From: Octopus vulgaris
Taxonomy: Eukaryota
Direction of reading: 5' to 3'
Assembly: GCA_951406725.2 (NCBI GenBank)
Contig: OX597819.1
Location: 86,614,001-86,678,000, forward strand
Length of the DNA: 64,000 bases
Shown here: one piece after another, positions 27,588 through 40,334 of the stretch
How positions within the stretch are numbered: the first letter of the stretch is position 1
Layout: each line of letters starts with the position of its first letter
The notes under the pieces: generated by a model
What the model was told of the DNA's origin: nothing
The model's database searches: none
What the model saw: the letters and a program-made list of their open reading frames with translations, nothing else
Made by a program: the position numbers and the translations under genes

Positions 27588-28400
27588 CATCATCATCATC
27601 GTTCAATGTCTGCTTTCCATGCTGGCATGCGTTGGACGGTTTGACTGAAGACTAATAAGCTGGGGGGAGGGCTGCACCAGGTTCTAATCTGATTTGGCAA
27701 GGTTTCTACAGCTGGATGCCCTCCCTAACACCAGCCATTCTGAGAATGTAGTGGGTGCTTTTTATGTGCCACCAGCATGGGTGCCATTGACTTCACACCA
27801 GCTTCAGCCATAACTATGGTCTCACTAGACTCAACAGGTCAACACAAGCACAGTATATTACCAAGGGTCTTGGTCACCTGTCACTGCCTCCATGAGGCCC
27901 AATACCTGAATGGTGCTTTTTATGTGCCACCGATATGGGTGCCAGTCAGACAGCACTAGCATCGGCCACAACTACGATTTCACTCAGTTCAACAGGTCTT
28001 CAAAAGCACAGCATATCATCCAACATCTGAAGGGTGCTTTTAATGGGCCAATTATGTGACACTGGCATCGGCCACAACTACGATCTCATTCGGCCTGACG
28101 TCACAGCCTCCATGAGGCCCAACACACGAATGATGCTTTTTACATGGGAACCAGTCAGACGACACTGGCATCATCCATGATCTGGTTCAACAGGTCTTGA
28201 CCAGCACAGCATATTACCCAACAATTGAAGGGTGCTTTAAAAGGGCCGGTTAAATGACACTGGCATCGGCCATAACTATGATCTCACTTAGCTTGTAGAG
28301 TCTTCTCAACCACAAGAAATCACCAAAGGTCTCGGTCACTTGTCATTGCCTCAGTGAAGCTCAACATTTGAAGATCATGCTTCACCACCTTATCCCATGT
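27588..28400 (-). mobile_element. Family C element with internal repeats
   Basis: (CAT)n tail at 27588 followed by the family C core and repeated subunits. Confidence 0.8.
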
Positions 28401-28410
28401 CATATATACA

Positions 28411-28794
28411 CTTTTACTCTTTTACTTGTTGCAGTCATTTGACTGTGGCCATGCTGGAGCACCACCTTTAGTTGAGCAAATCGACCCCAGGACTTATTCT
28501 TTGTAAGCCTAGTACTTATTCTATCAGTCTCTTTTGCCGAACCGCTAAGTTATGAGAATGTAAACACACCAGCATCGGTTGTCAAGCGATGTTGGGAGGA
28601 CAAACAGACACACAAACATATACATACACACACACACATATACACGATGGGCTTCATTCAGTTTCCATCTACCAACTCCACTCACAAGGCTTTGGTTGGT
28701 CCGAGGCTATAGTAGAAAACCGTTGCTCAAGGTGCCACACAGTGGGACTGAACCCGGAACCATGTTGTTGGTAAGCAAGCTACTTACCTACGCC
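28411..28794 (-). mobile_element. SINE family A
   Basis: Reverse complement of the 5994 copy. Confidence 0.85.
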
Positions 28795-28809
28795 TATATA
28801 TATATATAT

Positions 28810-29513
28810 ATATATATGAAAGGGAGGATGTGTGTGCATGTGTGTATGTGATTGTAATTTATGCACATCCACAAATTAGCACGCATGTCGCTCAAATTTT
28901 AGGAGGACATTTGTCAACATCCTATCTGGGTTTTGTCAACTTATTTTTTTTCCTGAGGCACCCGCGGATAGGGTAAAAATCTATTTTCAACCATTTTCAA
29001 CCATAGCTTTTAACCATAACAAATATCAGCCATTACTTTTTGATGGCGGCTAACAAAAAAAAAATAAGATAAAGAAAAGTGGAAGAAGGAGGCAGAGAGT
29101 TTCACTGGAAAGACAAAGTGAGAGAAGGAGAGAGAGAAAGTGACTACATTCATAAAAAATAAAATGTAAAATGTTTTGTTTTTGTAAGGCACACTATATT
29201 TTATAATCATGGTATATATACTTTCTCACACAACAATTACGATATATTTATTTTAAATCATTTATTTCTGTCTATGAACATGTATGCGTGCACAAAACAT
29301 GCAATAGGTGTACGTACGTACATGTGTGTATGTGTGTTCGTGTCTGTTGCCCACATATATTTATATTATATTATATTATATATATAATATAACTAATTTC
29401 AACGGATTTCGCCCAAATTTGACGTCTATATTACTTAGTTTGGTTTGAAATAAAGAACTTGATTAGCTTAATAATCATAACTTAATCCCGGGCAAGGCCG
29501 GGTTATACTGCTA

Positions 29514-29514
<1 letters not shown>
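28810..29514 (+). mobile_element. Non-autonomous Helitron
   Basis: 3' hairpin CCCGGGCAAGGCCGGG followed by TTATACTGCTAG|T. The 5' end is approximate. Confidence 0.7.
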
Positions 29515-29562
<48 letters not shown>

Positions 29563-29595
29563 TAAGAAAGTTTGTTTGGTAAAGCACGTGGGTGA

Positions 29596-29789
29596 ATATA
29601 TAAGAAAATAGTAAAGAGTGAAAAAACGACAGAAACCGGTATTTCTTTAAAAAGTATAAAATTATGTCATTTTAAGGAAAGGAAAAAAAATTTTTCCAAT
29701 ATTCTCCAGACATTTTGACGCAAATATATATATTTTTTAACATTTAAGCCTTCTGTCGTTTTTTCACTCTTTACTATTTTCTTATATAT
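29596..29789. repeat. Perfect 39-bp inverted repeat between (TA)n tracts
   Basis: ATATATAAGAAAATAGTAAAGAGTGAAAAAACGACAGAA (29596-29634) and its exact reverse complement (29751-29789). Confidence 0.9.
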
Positions 29790-30845
29790 ATATATATATA
29801 TATTTGTGTGTACACATACATGTATACACACACATCTTTTGTCGCTTTTATGTGTTTCAACTATGTGGCTGTGGTCATGCTGGAGCACCATATTGTGAGT
29901 GTGGGTGCATGTGTACCTTTGTATTTGTGTTTGCTTGCGAGCTGGTGCTGGTTTGTTTGTGTTAGCAAAGGATAAAGTTCCAGACTTAAAAGAGAAAATA
30001 AGTATTGGGGGTTCATTTATTTGATAAACCCTTCAAGACAGCACCCCAGTGAAAAAAAAAAGATAAATGATATACAGAAAGTAATAATAAATCTGATATT
30101 TCAAGGGTTGGATCTGTGTTGGGGAAGAAGAGTTAATCCATAAGGGAAATTATGTGCAGAAGCAGAGAGAAAAACCACAACAACAATAACAAAATCAGTG
30201 TATTACATCAGAAAGAAAAAGCAAGAGAGATATTAACACTTCGGACAATCAGTCATTTATCAACATAGACACTTTGTAGGAAAACTGAATGACAACAGCT
30301 GGAGAAGAATGCATGTGTATGTTATTAAATCAGCATGGTAAGTGATAAACAATGGAGGAGATGAAAGTCGGCAGGGAAATTTAGTTTCTGGTTGAGGAGA
30401 GTATGAGGAGCAAACTAGGTTTATGTAAAAACAGCTGAGACAGAACAGGCATTACACTGTGTGTGTGCATGCAAATAGCATTAATAGGGGCAAAGCATCA
30501 TAAAATGCACAATGGATATGATGGAATTTCCTATCGAAGATGAAGCGAGAGCCCAGTTTTTGCTGGACAACAGCACAAATTATTTGTTTATAGTGATAAA
30601 TGTACATACATTAGCTAACTCCCTCCATCAAATTCACATTGCCTGTACAAGTGCAACACATGTTAGGTGTTGAAATGAATACAGAACAACATGAACACAA
30701 TGCACCAGCACGGCCAGGAACCGCATCCACAATCTAGCAACTGAGAGTGCACGAGGCCAAATATACCTTCATGCATACGTAGATATACATCCTGTATATA
30801 TATATATATATATATTTATTATATGTATGTATGTATGTGTGTGCG

Positions 30846-30876
<31 letters not shown>

Positions 30877-31032
30877 ATGTATGTATGTATGTATGTATTA
30901 TATGTATGTATGTATGTATGTGTGTATATATATATATATGTATGTGTATATATATATATATATATATATAATGTACTGATCTGTGATAGAAAATTCAACA
31001 AAAAGTACTCCATCTGGTGAGAGATAAATATT

Positions 31033-31583
31033 ATTATTTAAAGGTCACAATACACGTATTAAATCACTATTAATAGTTTCATACGTTGAAAGAATTCAAA
31101 CCTATTCTTCAGGCACAAACCACATATCATAACAATCTAAAATATTGAATAAATAGAAGAAACACGATGAAGCTGAGAAGGTTGCATATAGAAAATGTAA
31201 ACAGTAAACAACGGAAAATGGAAAACTAAAGTGTCAAAAGGTAAAAAGTGCTATCCTCCTTAATCCTTAAATGATAAGGCTGGAAAGATATTAAGTCAGT
31301 TAGGAAAAGACTTGCTATCTTTCCAGCCTTATCGTTTAAGGCCTAAGGAGGATAGCACTTTTTATCTTTTGACACTTTGGTTTCGTTTTCTGCTTTTCCA
31401 TTGTTTACTGTCTGCATTTTCTATTTGCTGCCTTCTCAGCTTCATCGCATTTCTTCTATTCATTAAATTTTTTAGTTCGTTATGATATGTCATTTGTGCC
31501 TGAAGAATATGCTTGAGTTCTTTCAACATATGTATGAAACTATTGGTTGCACTTTAACACATGTATTGTGACCTTTAAATAAT
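31033..31583. repeat. ~550-bp imperfect palindrome with hammerhead-like motifs
   Basis: Arms 31033-31297 and 31309-31583 with an 11-nt loop. GTGC CTGAAGA ATATG..TGTAT GAAAC TATTG GTT GCAC at 31496-31552. Confidence 0.88.
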
Positions 31584-31624
31584 CTATATATTTCATTCTT
31601 CTTGTTTCAGCTCAGAGCTGCAGC

Positions 31625-31655
<31 letters not shown>

Positions 31656-31669
31656 AATTATAAATAAAT

Positions 31670-31915
31670 GCGCCCTTAAAAAACCCTGGCCAGGCTCGTG
31701 CCCGGTTTCTCGGTTTCAATGGTGTATGTGTTCCCCAGCTGGATGGGATGCCAGTCCATCGCAGCGCTACTCATTTTTGCTAGTTGAGTGGACTGAAGCA
31801 ACATGAAATGAAGTGTTTTGCTCAAGAACACAATGCGTCACCCGGTCCAGGAATTGAAACCACAATCTTACAATCATGATGCTGACACCCTTACCACTAT
31901 GCCACGTGCCTCCAC
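31670..31915 (-). mobile_element. tRNA-derived SINE family D
   Basis: Minus-strand head GGAGGCACGTGGCATAGTGGTAAGG...TTCAATTCCTGG and central GTGTTCTTGAGCAAAACACTTCATTTCA. Confidence 0.8.
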
Positions 31916-31961
<46 letters not shown>

Positions 31962-32350
31962 AGACAGTAAAATGGAGATTAGGAAGTTTATTAACAAATT
32001 GGTCATCTTCTGAAATGAATTAGATAAGCCCACATACAACATCCAAAGGTACATCGTTTTTCCTCTGACAAAATTATACTCATGTCACATAAATGTAAAT
32101 TTAATGTACAAATTTGTAATTAAATTATTGAGTATTAATTGAAACGGCTATAAAAAGTGAAATCCAATTTGTTGTTAATAATAATCATTAACTTCCTAAT
32201 CTCCATTTTCTTTTCCTCTTTTAAATGGATATAAACTATATGCTTTATATATACCTATTTTCACTTCCCCCAAATACTAGGTATGGAACCAGTATTTCCT
32301 TGGATGTAACTATCCCTTTATGGGGTTAACACATCCTCTAATTAAACTTT

Positions 32351-32410
<60 letters not shown>

Positions 32411-32429
32411 CAATATGTATGTGACAATG

Positions 32430-32680
32430 TGGAGGTGTGTGGCTTAGTGGTTAGGGTGTTGAACTCATGATCAAAAGGTTGTGGTTTCAATTCCTGGACC
32501 GGGCGATGCGTTGTGTTCTTGACCAAGACACTTCATTTCACATTGCTCCAGTCCACTCAGCTGGCAAAAATGAGCAATCCTGCGACATATCAGTGTCCCG
32601 TCCAGGTGGGGAATTTCTACACCACTGAAACCAGGAAACCGGTCCATATGAGCTTGGCATGGCTCAGTGAGGAACATCTA
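32430..32680 (+). mobile_element. tRNA-derived SINE family D
   Basis: GGAGGTGTGTGGCTTAGTGGTTAGGG...TTCAATTCCTGG. Inverted relative to the 31670 copy. A third copy lies at about 44200-44510 (-). Confidence 0.8.
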
Positions 32681-33879
32681 TATGTAGCAATAAGTGTAGG
32701 AGCTAATATGGGAGGGTGTAATGTAAGAGAGACTGACAGGTTAAGTCAACAATGAGTAAGGTAATTTACATCAACAAAGAAGATTAGAAAGGGTTAGGTC
32801 AGAGATGGAAAGAAAGATATAAATATATATATATATAAAGCAATATCTCTAGTGCCAGTACCATGATAAAATGCCACCAGTACACAATGTAAAGCAATTG
32901 GTGAATGAGCAGATACATAGGGACTCTTTAGTCTTTTCAAGGACATGACAACTTCTCTAATGCAGGTAGCATGGTAAAATGCAGTACATTCTGTAAAGTA
33001 GCTAGTGTTAAGAAGGGTATCTAGCAATAGGAACCATGCCAAATTAAACATACAAGTGAGATGTTATCATTCTTGACCTATCTAAGAGGGCTGAACTCCA
33101 AATAAGAGCTGACTCAGACAGTAGCACGTTATCCAAATCATGCCAGCATGAAAAACAGGTGTGGTGGTGGTGGTGGTAGTGATGATAATAGTGATGAGGA
33201 TGAAGAAAAATCTTTGTCTACTAATCAAGCAAGCTTGAATGGACTATGCTACACTGATGAGGTCTCATAAATGGAAACATGTCCATTGCTGACACTTCCT
33301 CTAGGCATGTAAATTAACTGAGAAAGATTAATCCATAATTCTTTGGAATCATTTCCGCTTTACCTTGAGAGTCACTAACATCTGCCACTGGACTTTTGCA
33401 TACTGTCTTCAAGCAGCTATTAAATTTCAATGAACTGAGAATTTTTGTGCACAGCATTCAGCTCCTTCTCAGCTTCCAAACATCACTTCTTAACTTACAA
33501 ACTGTTGGTGATGAAAATTCCTGTAAATACATTCACTTCTTTCTGAGTAGTAGTGTTTAACCCAACATAAGAGCTGTATCACTACTGTTTCCACTGACAG
33601 CAAAATTATAGCCGAAAGTAGCTCAAACCAAATCAATAGCAGGCAACTTAATCCCAAAATACAACAGGACAAACATTATTTTGTCAGTCTTTATCAGAGG
33701 AAAATGAGGAGATGTTTATTTTGGCTTGATCTGATACAGTACAGAAAATAGTGAACAAAATAAATGCCTTATTCAATTCATTGTAATCTAAACAAAGCAA
33801 AAAACCTAATCTTCAAGACACAAATAAAAGAGAAAAGAAAAACCATAAACGAAATCTATAGGATGGCAGGAATACTTTC

Positions 33880-34370
33880 TTTACTCTTTTTACTCTTTTA
33901 CTTGTTTCAGTCATTTGGCTGGGGCCATGCTGGAGCACCGCCGTTAGTCAAGCAAATCGACCCCAGGTCTTATTCTTTGTAAGCCTAGTACTTATTCCAT
34001 CGGTCTCTTTTGCCGAACTGCTAAGTTACGGGGGCGTAAACACACTAGCATCGGTTGTCAAGCGATGTTGGGGGGACAAACAGAGACACACAAACATATA
34101 CACACACATACATATATATGTACATATATACGACAGGCTTCTTTCAGTTTCTCTCAACCAAATCCACTCACGAGGCTTTGGTCGGCCCGAGGCTATAGTA
34201 GAAGACATTTGACTAAGGTGCCACGCAGTGGGACAATCAAATCCACTCACGAGGCTTTGGTCGGCCCGAGGCTATAGTAGAAAACATTTGACTAAGGTGC
34301 CACGCAGTGGGACTGAACCCAGAACCATGTGGTTCATAAGCAAGCTACTTACCACACAGCCACTCCTATT
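33880..34370 (-). mobile_element. SINE family A with an internal ~79-bp tandem duplication
   Basis: CAAATCCACTCACGAGGC...GCAGTGGGAC occurs at about 34159 and about 34238. Confidence 0.85.
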
Positions 34371-35262
34371 CCTAGTAGTAGAAGATTAGACAAAATACTA
34401 TATGGTATTTAGTTACATCCTTTTTGTTCTGAGTTCAAACCCACCCCAGTTAACATGCATGGATGTGTGGTTAAGATGTTCTCTTCACAGCCAAGTGGCT
34501 TCAGGTTCAGTTCCACTGCGCAGTACCTTGAACGAGTCTCTTTGGTTATAGCCCTTGTCTGACCAATGCCTTGAGTGAATTTGGTAGACAGAAACTGTGT
34601 GAAAGCCTGTCCACTCCCTCTTCTTCTGAACATTGTCCTTCACCATTCCATTTTTGGAACTAATATAGATGACTATAACCTCATTTCATTTTAGAATAGA
34701 GGGTGGGAATTGTTGAGGTGATGCTGGGAGGAGATAAAAATAGTGGTGATAAAGTGTCAAGGTGGATGCTGAAGATACGAGGGAAGTAAAAGCGAGTGGT
34801 GACAGGTAGGGTTGAAGGGTGGATGTAGTAAATGGTGGATGAAGGATAGGGGAGATAACCAATGCTACATATGAACTGGAGCAGGGGGAGCAGGGAAAAG
34901 GAGATGGATGATTTCTCACTACCTTTTATGATATATAGAAAATAAATATTTACTCTTTAGTATTCAGATTTTTCAGTTAAACATAATACTTACATCATTT
35001 TGAATTAATCGCATAGCTTGGAGATTTGGATAATGTACGTGTTAATTTCTAAAGGGACATTGTAGGATAGGTGTAAGAGGCTGGATCTGGCCACTTTGAA
35101 TATTTGGACCTGATATGCCTGGTTTAAATACTGAAGGGTTAAATGTGTATACTCTGTACACCTTCTTTACTCTGTGATGTAAATTTCAAACCTACCTCAA
35201 CTCAACTTAATCTAGAAGGGACTGTTGACCACCAGGAGTACACCACACACACACACACACAT

Positions 35263-35455
35263 CTTTTAGCTTTCACTTGTTTCAGTTATTAGATAGCAGC
35301 CATGCTGGGGCACTATCTTGAAGAATTTTTTGTCAAATGAATTTATACCAGAACTTATTTTTTTAAACGGGGTACTTATTCTATCAGTCTCATTTGCTGA
35401 ACAGCTAAGTTATCGGGATGTAAACACACCAACATCAGTTGTCCAGTAATCGAAC

Positions 35456-35518
<63 letters not shown>

Positions 35519-35668
35519 ACAGGCTTTTTTTCTGTTTACATTGAGCAGTTCCACTCATAAGGCTTTGGTTGGCTCAAGGCTATAACAGAAGACACTTGCC
35601 CAAGTTGCCATGCAGTGGGACTGAACCAGGAACCATGTGATTGGGAAGCAAGCTTTTTACCATACACA
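35263..35668 (-). mobile_element. SINE family A
   Basis: Diverged reverse-orientation copy. Confidence 0.75.
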
Positions 35669-36791
35669 CAATCATATTTAATACTTTTATAATAGAAAAT
35701 GAAACTACACAATAATGTATACAATCACTAGAGAAAAGTTAATTTTCATAGAACTTAAATAGAGTAATAAACAAACTGTAGAATATGGTGTGGTGATAAT
35801 GCTAAGTAATTTAGTAGCATAACATGAAATGATTATACTTTAGGTTCTGAAAAGAAATAACATCTCTGGTGTCTCCAGCTGTGTAATAATGAAATGTTGA
35901 CTGTAGATTAAAACATTTAAAAAAAACCTGTCTGTAGGAGAATATGTTATATTAGATATAAAAGAGAGGGAAACATGTACGTGAAGTAAAGTTTAAACCA
36001 GAAAACAGTGGAGAATATATGAAAAGGCATGGATAAAAGGAAAGCTATATCATATGAATACAATAAAGGAATAAATATGATCAGATTATAAAACAAAACA
36101 CAACACAAATCTACAAGCAACAAAAGTAATAAGTTGAAAACCAGTATCATCGAAACTACAAATGAGGAAAAGAAAACAAATAAAAGAAACGTAAATAGAT
36201 TCTGGCTATAGGAAAGGTGCCTGCAATAACAATAAAAATATGTGTAAAAGATGAGACATATCTGAAGGAAGAAATTATATAAGAATTACGATAAATAGCT
36301 GCCACCCCCAACACTCTTCTCAGATATAAAAGCTGATAACAAAATAACAGCTATAATACAAAACACTATCTGAGGTGTCACAGACCTTCCCTAAAACACA
36401 AATTCAACGTCAACAACACAATGAGGATCAATTAATTGAATTACGTGAAAGCTGAGAAGTAATCGAAAAGGAAATCAGATAAAAACTGAACGACACTTCT
36501 GAAGGAACATCCAATTCTTGGCAAACAACATGGTGTGAAAAATAAGAAAGTTTGAATAATAAAGAAAGATCTCTCAGTTCTTTATGGTACTAAGAATAAA
36601 AATGTGTTTATGAGAGGTGTGGCGGTGTGGTTATGAAGCTTGCTTCCAAACCATGTGGTCTTGGGTCCAGTGTCACTGCACAACACCTTGGACAAGTCTC
36701 TTTTACTATATTGTCAGGGCCAACCTAAGTCATGTGAATGGATTTGGTAGATAAAAACTGGAAGAAGTCTATATATATATGTATGTGTATA

Positions 36792-37469
36792 TCTATATAT
36801 ATAAAACTCAACTTGTGTGTCTGTGTGTGTATCTGTGTGTTTAACTTCCCGGCACATCTCCTCTTAGCCAACAAATCATAGAATCACCAAAAATGGGTCA
36901 CTTAAAGTTTAGGCGAATGAAAATTGAACTGCGCTATTTCTGTTCCGAAATTCATCTCGCAAGTGCAAAAATCGATAATGTGTTTGTTTAGGCCTTATCC
37001 CATGCATTGAATAGTGAACTTTACTCAGTCAGCTGTTTGATGTGAACTGTGTTCACCACGCATGCAAGCATGCGTAAATTGCATGAAAAATAAAAAATCA
37101 AGATATAAAAACGAATCGCAGTAAACATTGTAGAAATTCGGCAAAGAAATGAATTTTCGGGATGTAGCCTGGAGGGTTTTTTCGTATTAATCGTTTGGAC
37201 TTTGTGAACTCATACCAATTGTTTTCATAACATTTTTAACGCTTTGAATTAAATGTGACCATTTTGCGTTGACTCTACAGTTTGAATCACTTTAACCAAA
37301 TTTTAGCAGGCCAGATTTTTGATCATCACGATACATCGCCAGCGACTCCCTGAAACTCTCCCCTGAAATCCCCATTGAGAAATCTATTATATATATAATA
37401 ATACTTTGAATGTGACTCCTGAGAAAGAGTAAAAGTAATTATCCGATGAACGATGGGTATTACTGCTAG
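36792..37469 (+). mobile_element. Non-autonomous Helitron
   Basis: A|TCTATATATATAAAACTC..(TGTG)n ... CCGATGAACGATGGGTATTACTGCTAG|T. CpG-rich interior. Confidence 0.8.
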
Positions 37470-37499
37470 TATACATATATATATATGTATGTATGTATG

Positions 37500-37560
<61 letters not shown>

Positions 37561-37574
37561 GCATGTATTTATCA

Positions 37575-38392
37575 CCATCATCATTTAGCATCTGCTTTCC
37601 ATGCTGGCATGGGTTAAACAGTTCGACTGAAAATGGTAAGCTGGAGGGCTGCACCAGGTTCAAATCTGATTTGGTATAGTTCTTATGGCTGGATGCCCTT
37701 CCAAATGCTAACCATTCCAAGAGTGTAATAGGTGCTTTTTACATGCCACCAGCATGGATGCCAGTTACATAACACCAGTATTGGCCATGACTATGATTTC
37801 ACTTGGCTTGATGAGTCTTCTCAAGCATGGCATATTACCAGAGGTCTCAGTCACTTATCACCTCCACCAGGCTCAATGTTTGGAGATATGCCGTGCTTGA
37901 GAAAATCCCTCAAGCCAAGTGAGATCATAGTCAAGGCCGATGCTAGTGTCATTTAACTGGCCCTTTAAAAGCACCCTTCAATCACTGGGCAATATGCTGT
38001 ACTTGTGAAGACTTGTTGATCCAAGTGAAATTGTAGTGGTAGCTGGTGCCAGTGCCGTCTGACTGGCATGTAAAATGTACCATTCGAGTATTGTGCCTCA
38101 TGGAGGCAGTGACAGGTGACCAAGATCCTTGGCGATATACTGTGCTTGTGTTGATGTGTCAAGCCAAGTGTGACCGTAGTCATGGCCGATCCTGGTGTCA
38201 GGTCAATGGCACCCATGCCAGTGGCATGTAAAAAGCACCCACTACACTCTCAGAGTGGTAGACATAAGGAAGGACATCCAGCTGTAAAAGCCTTGCCAAG
38301 TCAGATTGGAACCTGATGCAGCTCCTTCGTTTATCAGTTTTTCAGCCAAACTGTCCAACGGAAAATGAATGTTAAATGATGATGATGATGAT
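37575..38392. mobile_element. Two family C elements fused in opposite orientations (tails outward)
   Basis: (CAT)n tail at 37575 (- copy) and (GAT)n tail at 38392 (+ copy), with shared core sequence. Confidence 0.8.
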
Positions 38393-38496
38393 ATATACAC
38401 ACTGAGGCACCAAATCCAATATCAGTTGTAGACCTGACTGAAGGTTGATTCCAGGAGAGGCGCATATATAAAGAAGAACACAAGTGGGATTTAAGA

Positions 38497-38577
38497 TTCA
38501 CAACAGCTGTTTTGGCAGCATTTTATTGATGCATTCTTAGATTAGATCAAAGCGAAAACCTGCCATCATCAGGTAAA
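38497..38577 (-). ncRNA. Type I hammerhead ribozyme motif (core G lost or mutated)
   Basis: TTTAC CTGATGA T GGCAG..CTGCC AAAAC AGCT GTT GTGAA. Stems I and II pair and stem III is the palindrome AACAGCTGTT. Confidence 0.65.
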
Positions 38578-39975
38578 TTTTAAACACATAAACAGGCAAC
38601 GTAAAACTAGGAGATGACCTGTTCACTAACTACCATGATGAACAAGTCATACGACCTGTTCACCAACTACCATGATGAATAAGTCATACATATATCATCA
38701 TCAACATTAAGCATCTGCTTTTGTTACCAGCATGTGTTAGATGGTTTGACTGGTGATGGAGAGCTGTACCAGCTTCCAGTCTAATTTGGCAATGTTGCTA
38801 CAGCTGGATGCCCTTCCTAATGCCAACCACTCCAAGAGTCTAGTGGGTGCCTTTTACATGTCATTGGCATGGGCGATTTTACGTCACTAACGCTGGCCAC
38901 TACTATGATTTCACCTGGCTTGTCAAGTCTTCTCAAGCACACCAAAGGTCTCAATCACTTGTCATTGCTTCCATGAAACCCAACATTTGAAGATCAAGCT
39001 TCACCACCTCATCTCATGTCTTGGATCTACCTCTTCCACAGGTTCCTTCCACAATGCATATATTTGTATGTGCGCATGTGTGTATTGTTAAGGTTAGACA
39101 AAAGGAAAACAACAAATACAACAAACAAGTCCATAATAATTCAATTATGTATTGAGATAGAAATATTGCAAAAACCCACATCAAAGTCAGCAAAAGCTGT
39201 TATAATATATATTAGAGTTCATAGCACAGAGCCATCAGAAAGTATTAAAGTTCAAGGCAGTCCTTGTTGATTGAAAATCCAGTGTTTGAGATACGAAATA
39301 TTAGAGTTCAAATTCTCAATAAGCCGGTCAAAACAGAAGGGAGGTCATCCTCTTTATATTGTGTTGTTTACTGTTTATGCCACTTGCAGTAGTAAGCCCT
39401 TAAAGGGTAATAGAGTGACAGAGAGGAAGACAATGATACTTTTGTGCTGCCTGTCACATAGGCAGCAACTGAGAAAAGAGATGACATTTGCCATTGACAT
39501 ATGAGCAAGTGAAAATTGTATTATAAGTCATCTCTGGTCATCTTCATCTCACAATGCCTTTCACCAACTACTTTGTGGTTATCTCTTTCACTAACAGGAT
39601 TTTAGTATTTACAATTGTCACAGAACAGTGAGAAAGAGAGACATATCACCGAGAACAAAAGAAAACTGCAGTAGGTGGTTCTTATCTAATTTCAGCTTTT
39701 GGTGGCATAGGAGGGGTCAAAAGGATCAAATGGAAAAGACATAAATCAACTTGGCAGGCTATGTGTTGAGTGTCACTGATGTCAACCATTTTCTCTTAAA
39801 GAGGAATTCTATAGATTTAGGTTCAAATCTACATGCCCAAACAAAATCCACTATATTTTTATTCCCAAGGAAAGCACACTTTTGTAACCCTATATATATA
39901 TATATATATATAAGAAATTTTTACTACCAGTGGCCTAGCGAGTACAAAAATTAGTCAATAGACTATATATTATTC

Positions 39976-40319
39976 ATATAAATACAGTGCACATTTAAAC
40001 ACATAAGAGGTATCCATCATAGGATTCCTGGCACACTAGAAGGAATAGCTAAAAGGAAAAAAACTGCACTTGCGTGGTGGATTTGATAAATTATAATCTA
40101 TATGTACCTGTTAATGAAGACTTCACCTAGCAAATTATTTTATTTGCTAAAAAAAAGTCAGAAACCACGGTCCAGGAGATAGATGGTAAATGTTTTTAAT
40201 TTTCGTTCCCTTCGAAGTTTATCCCTAATAGTGGTTTGGATTTTAGCTATTCCTTCTAGCATGCCAGGAATCCTATGATGGATACCTCTTATGTGTTTAA
40301 ATGTACACTGTATTTATAT
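39976..40319. repeat. 79-bp inverted repeat enclosing a decayed hammerhead motif
   Basis: Arms 39976-40054 and 40241-40319. Spacer contains CCTG TTAATGA AGACT..AGTC A GAAAC CACG GTC CAGG (40107-40176). Confidence 0.85.
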
Positions 40320-40334
40320 ATATATATATATATA

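Noticed and set aside
33248-33290. CTGATGA...GAAACATGTC hammerhead-like string
   Set aside because: Neither stem I nor stem II pairs convincingly.
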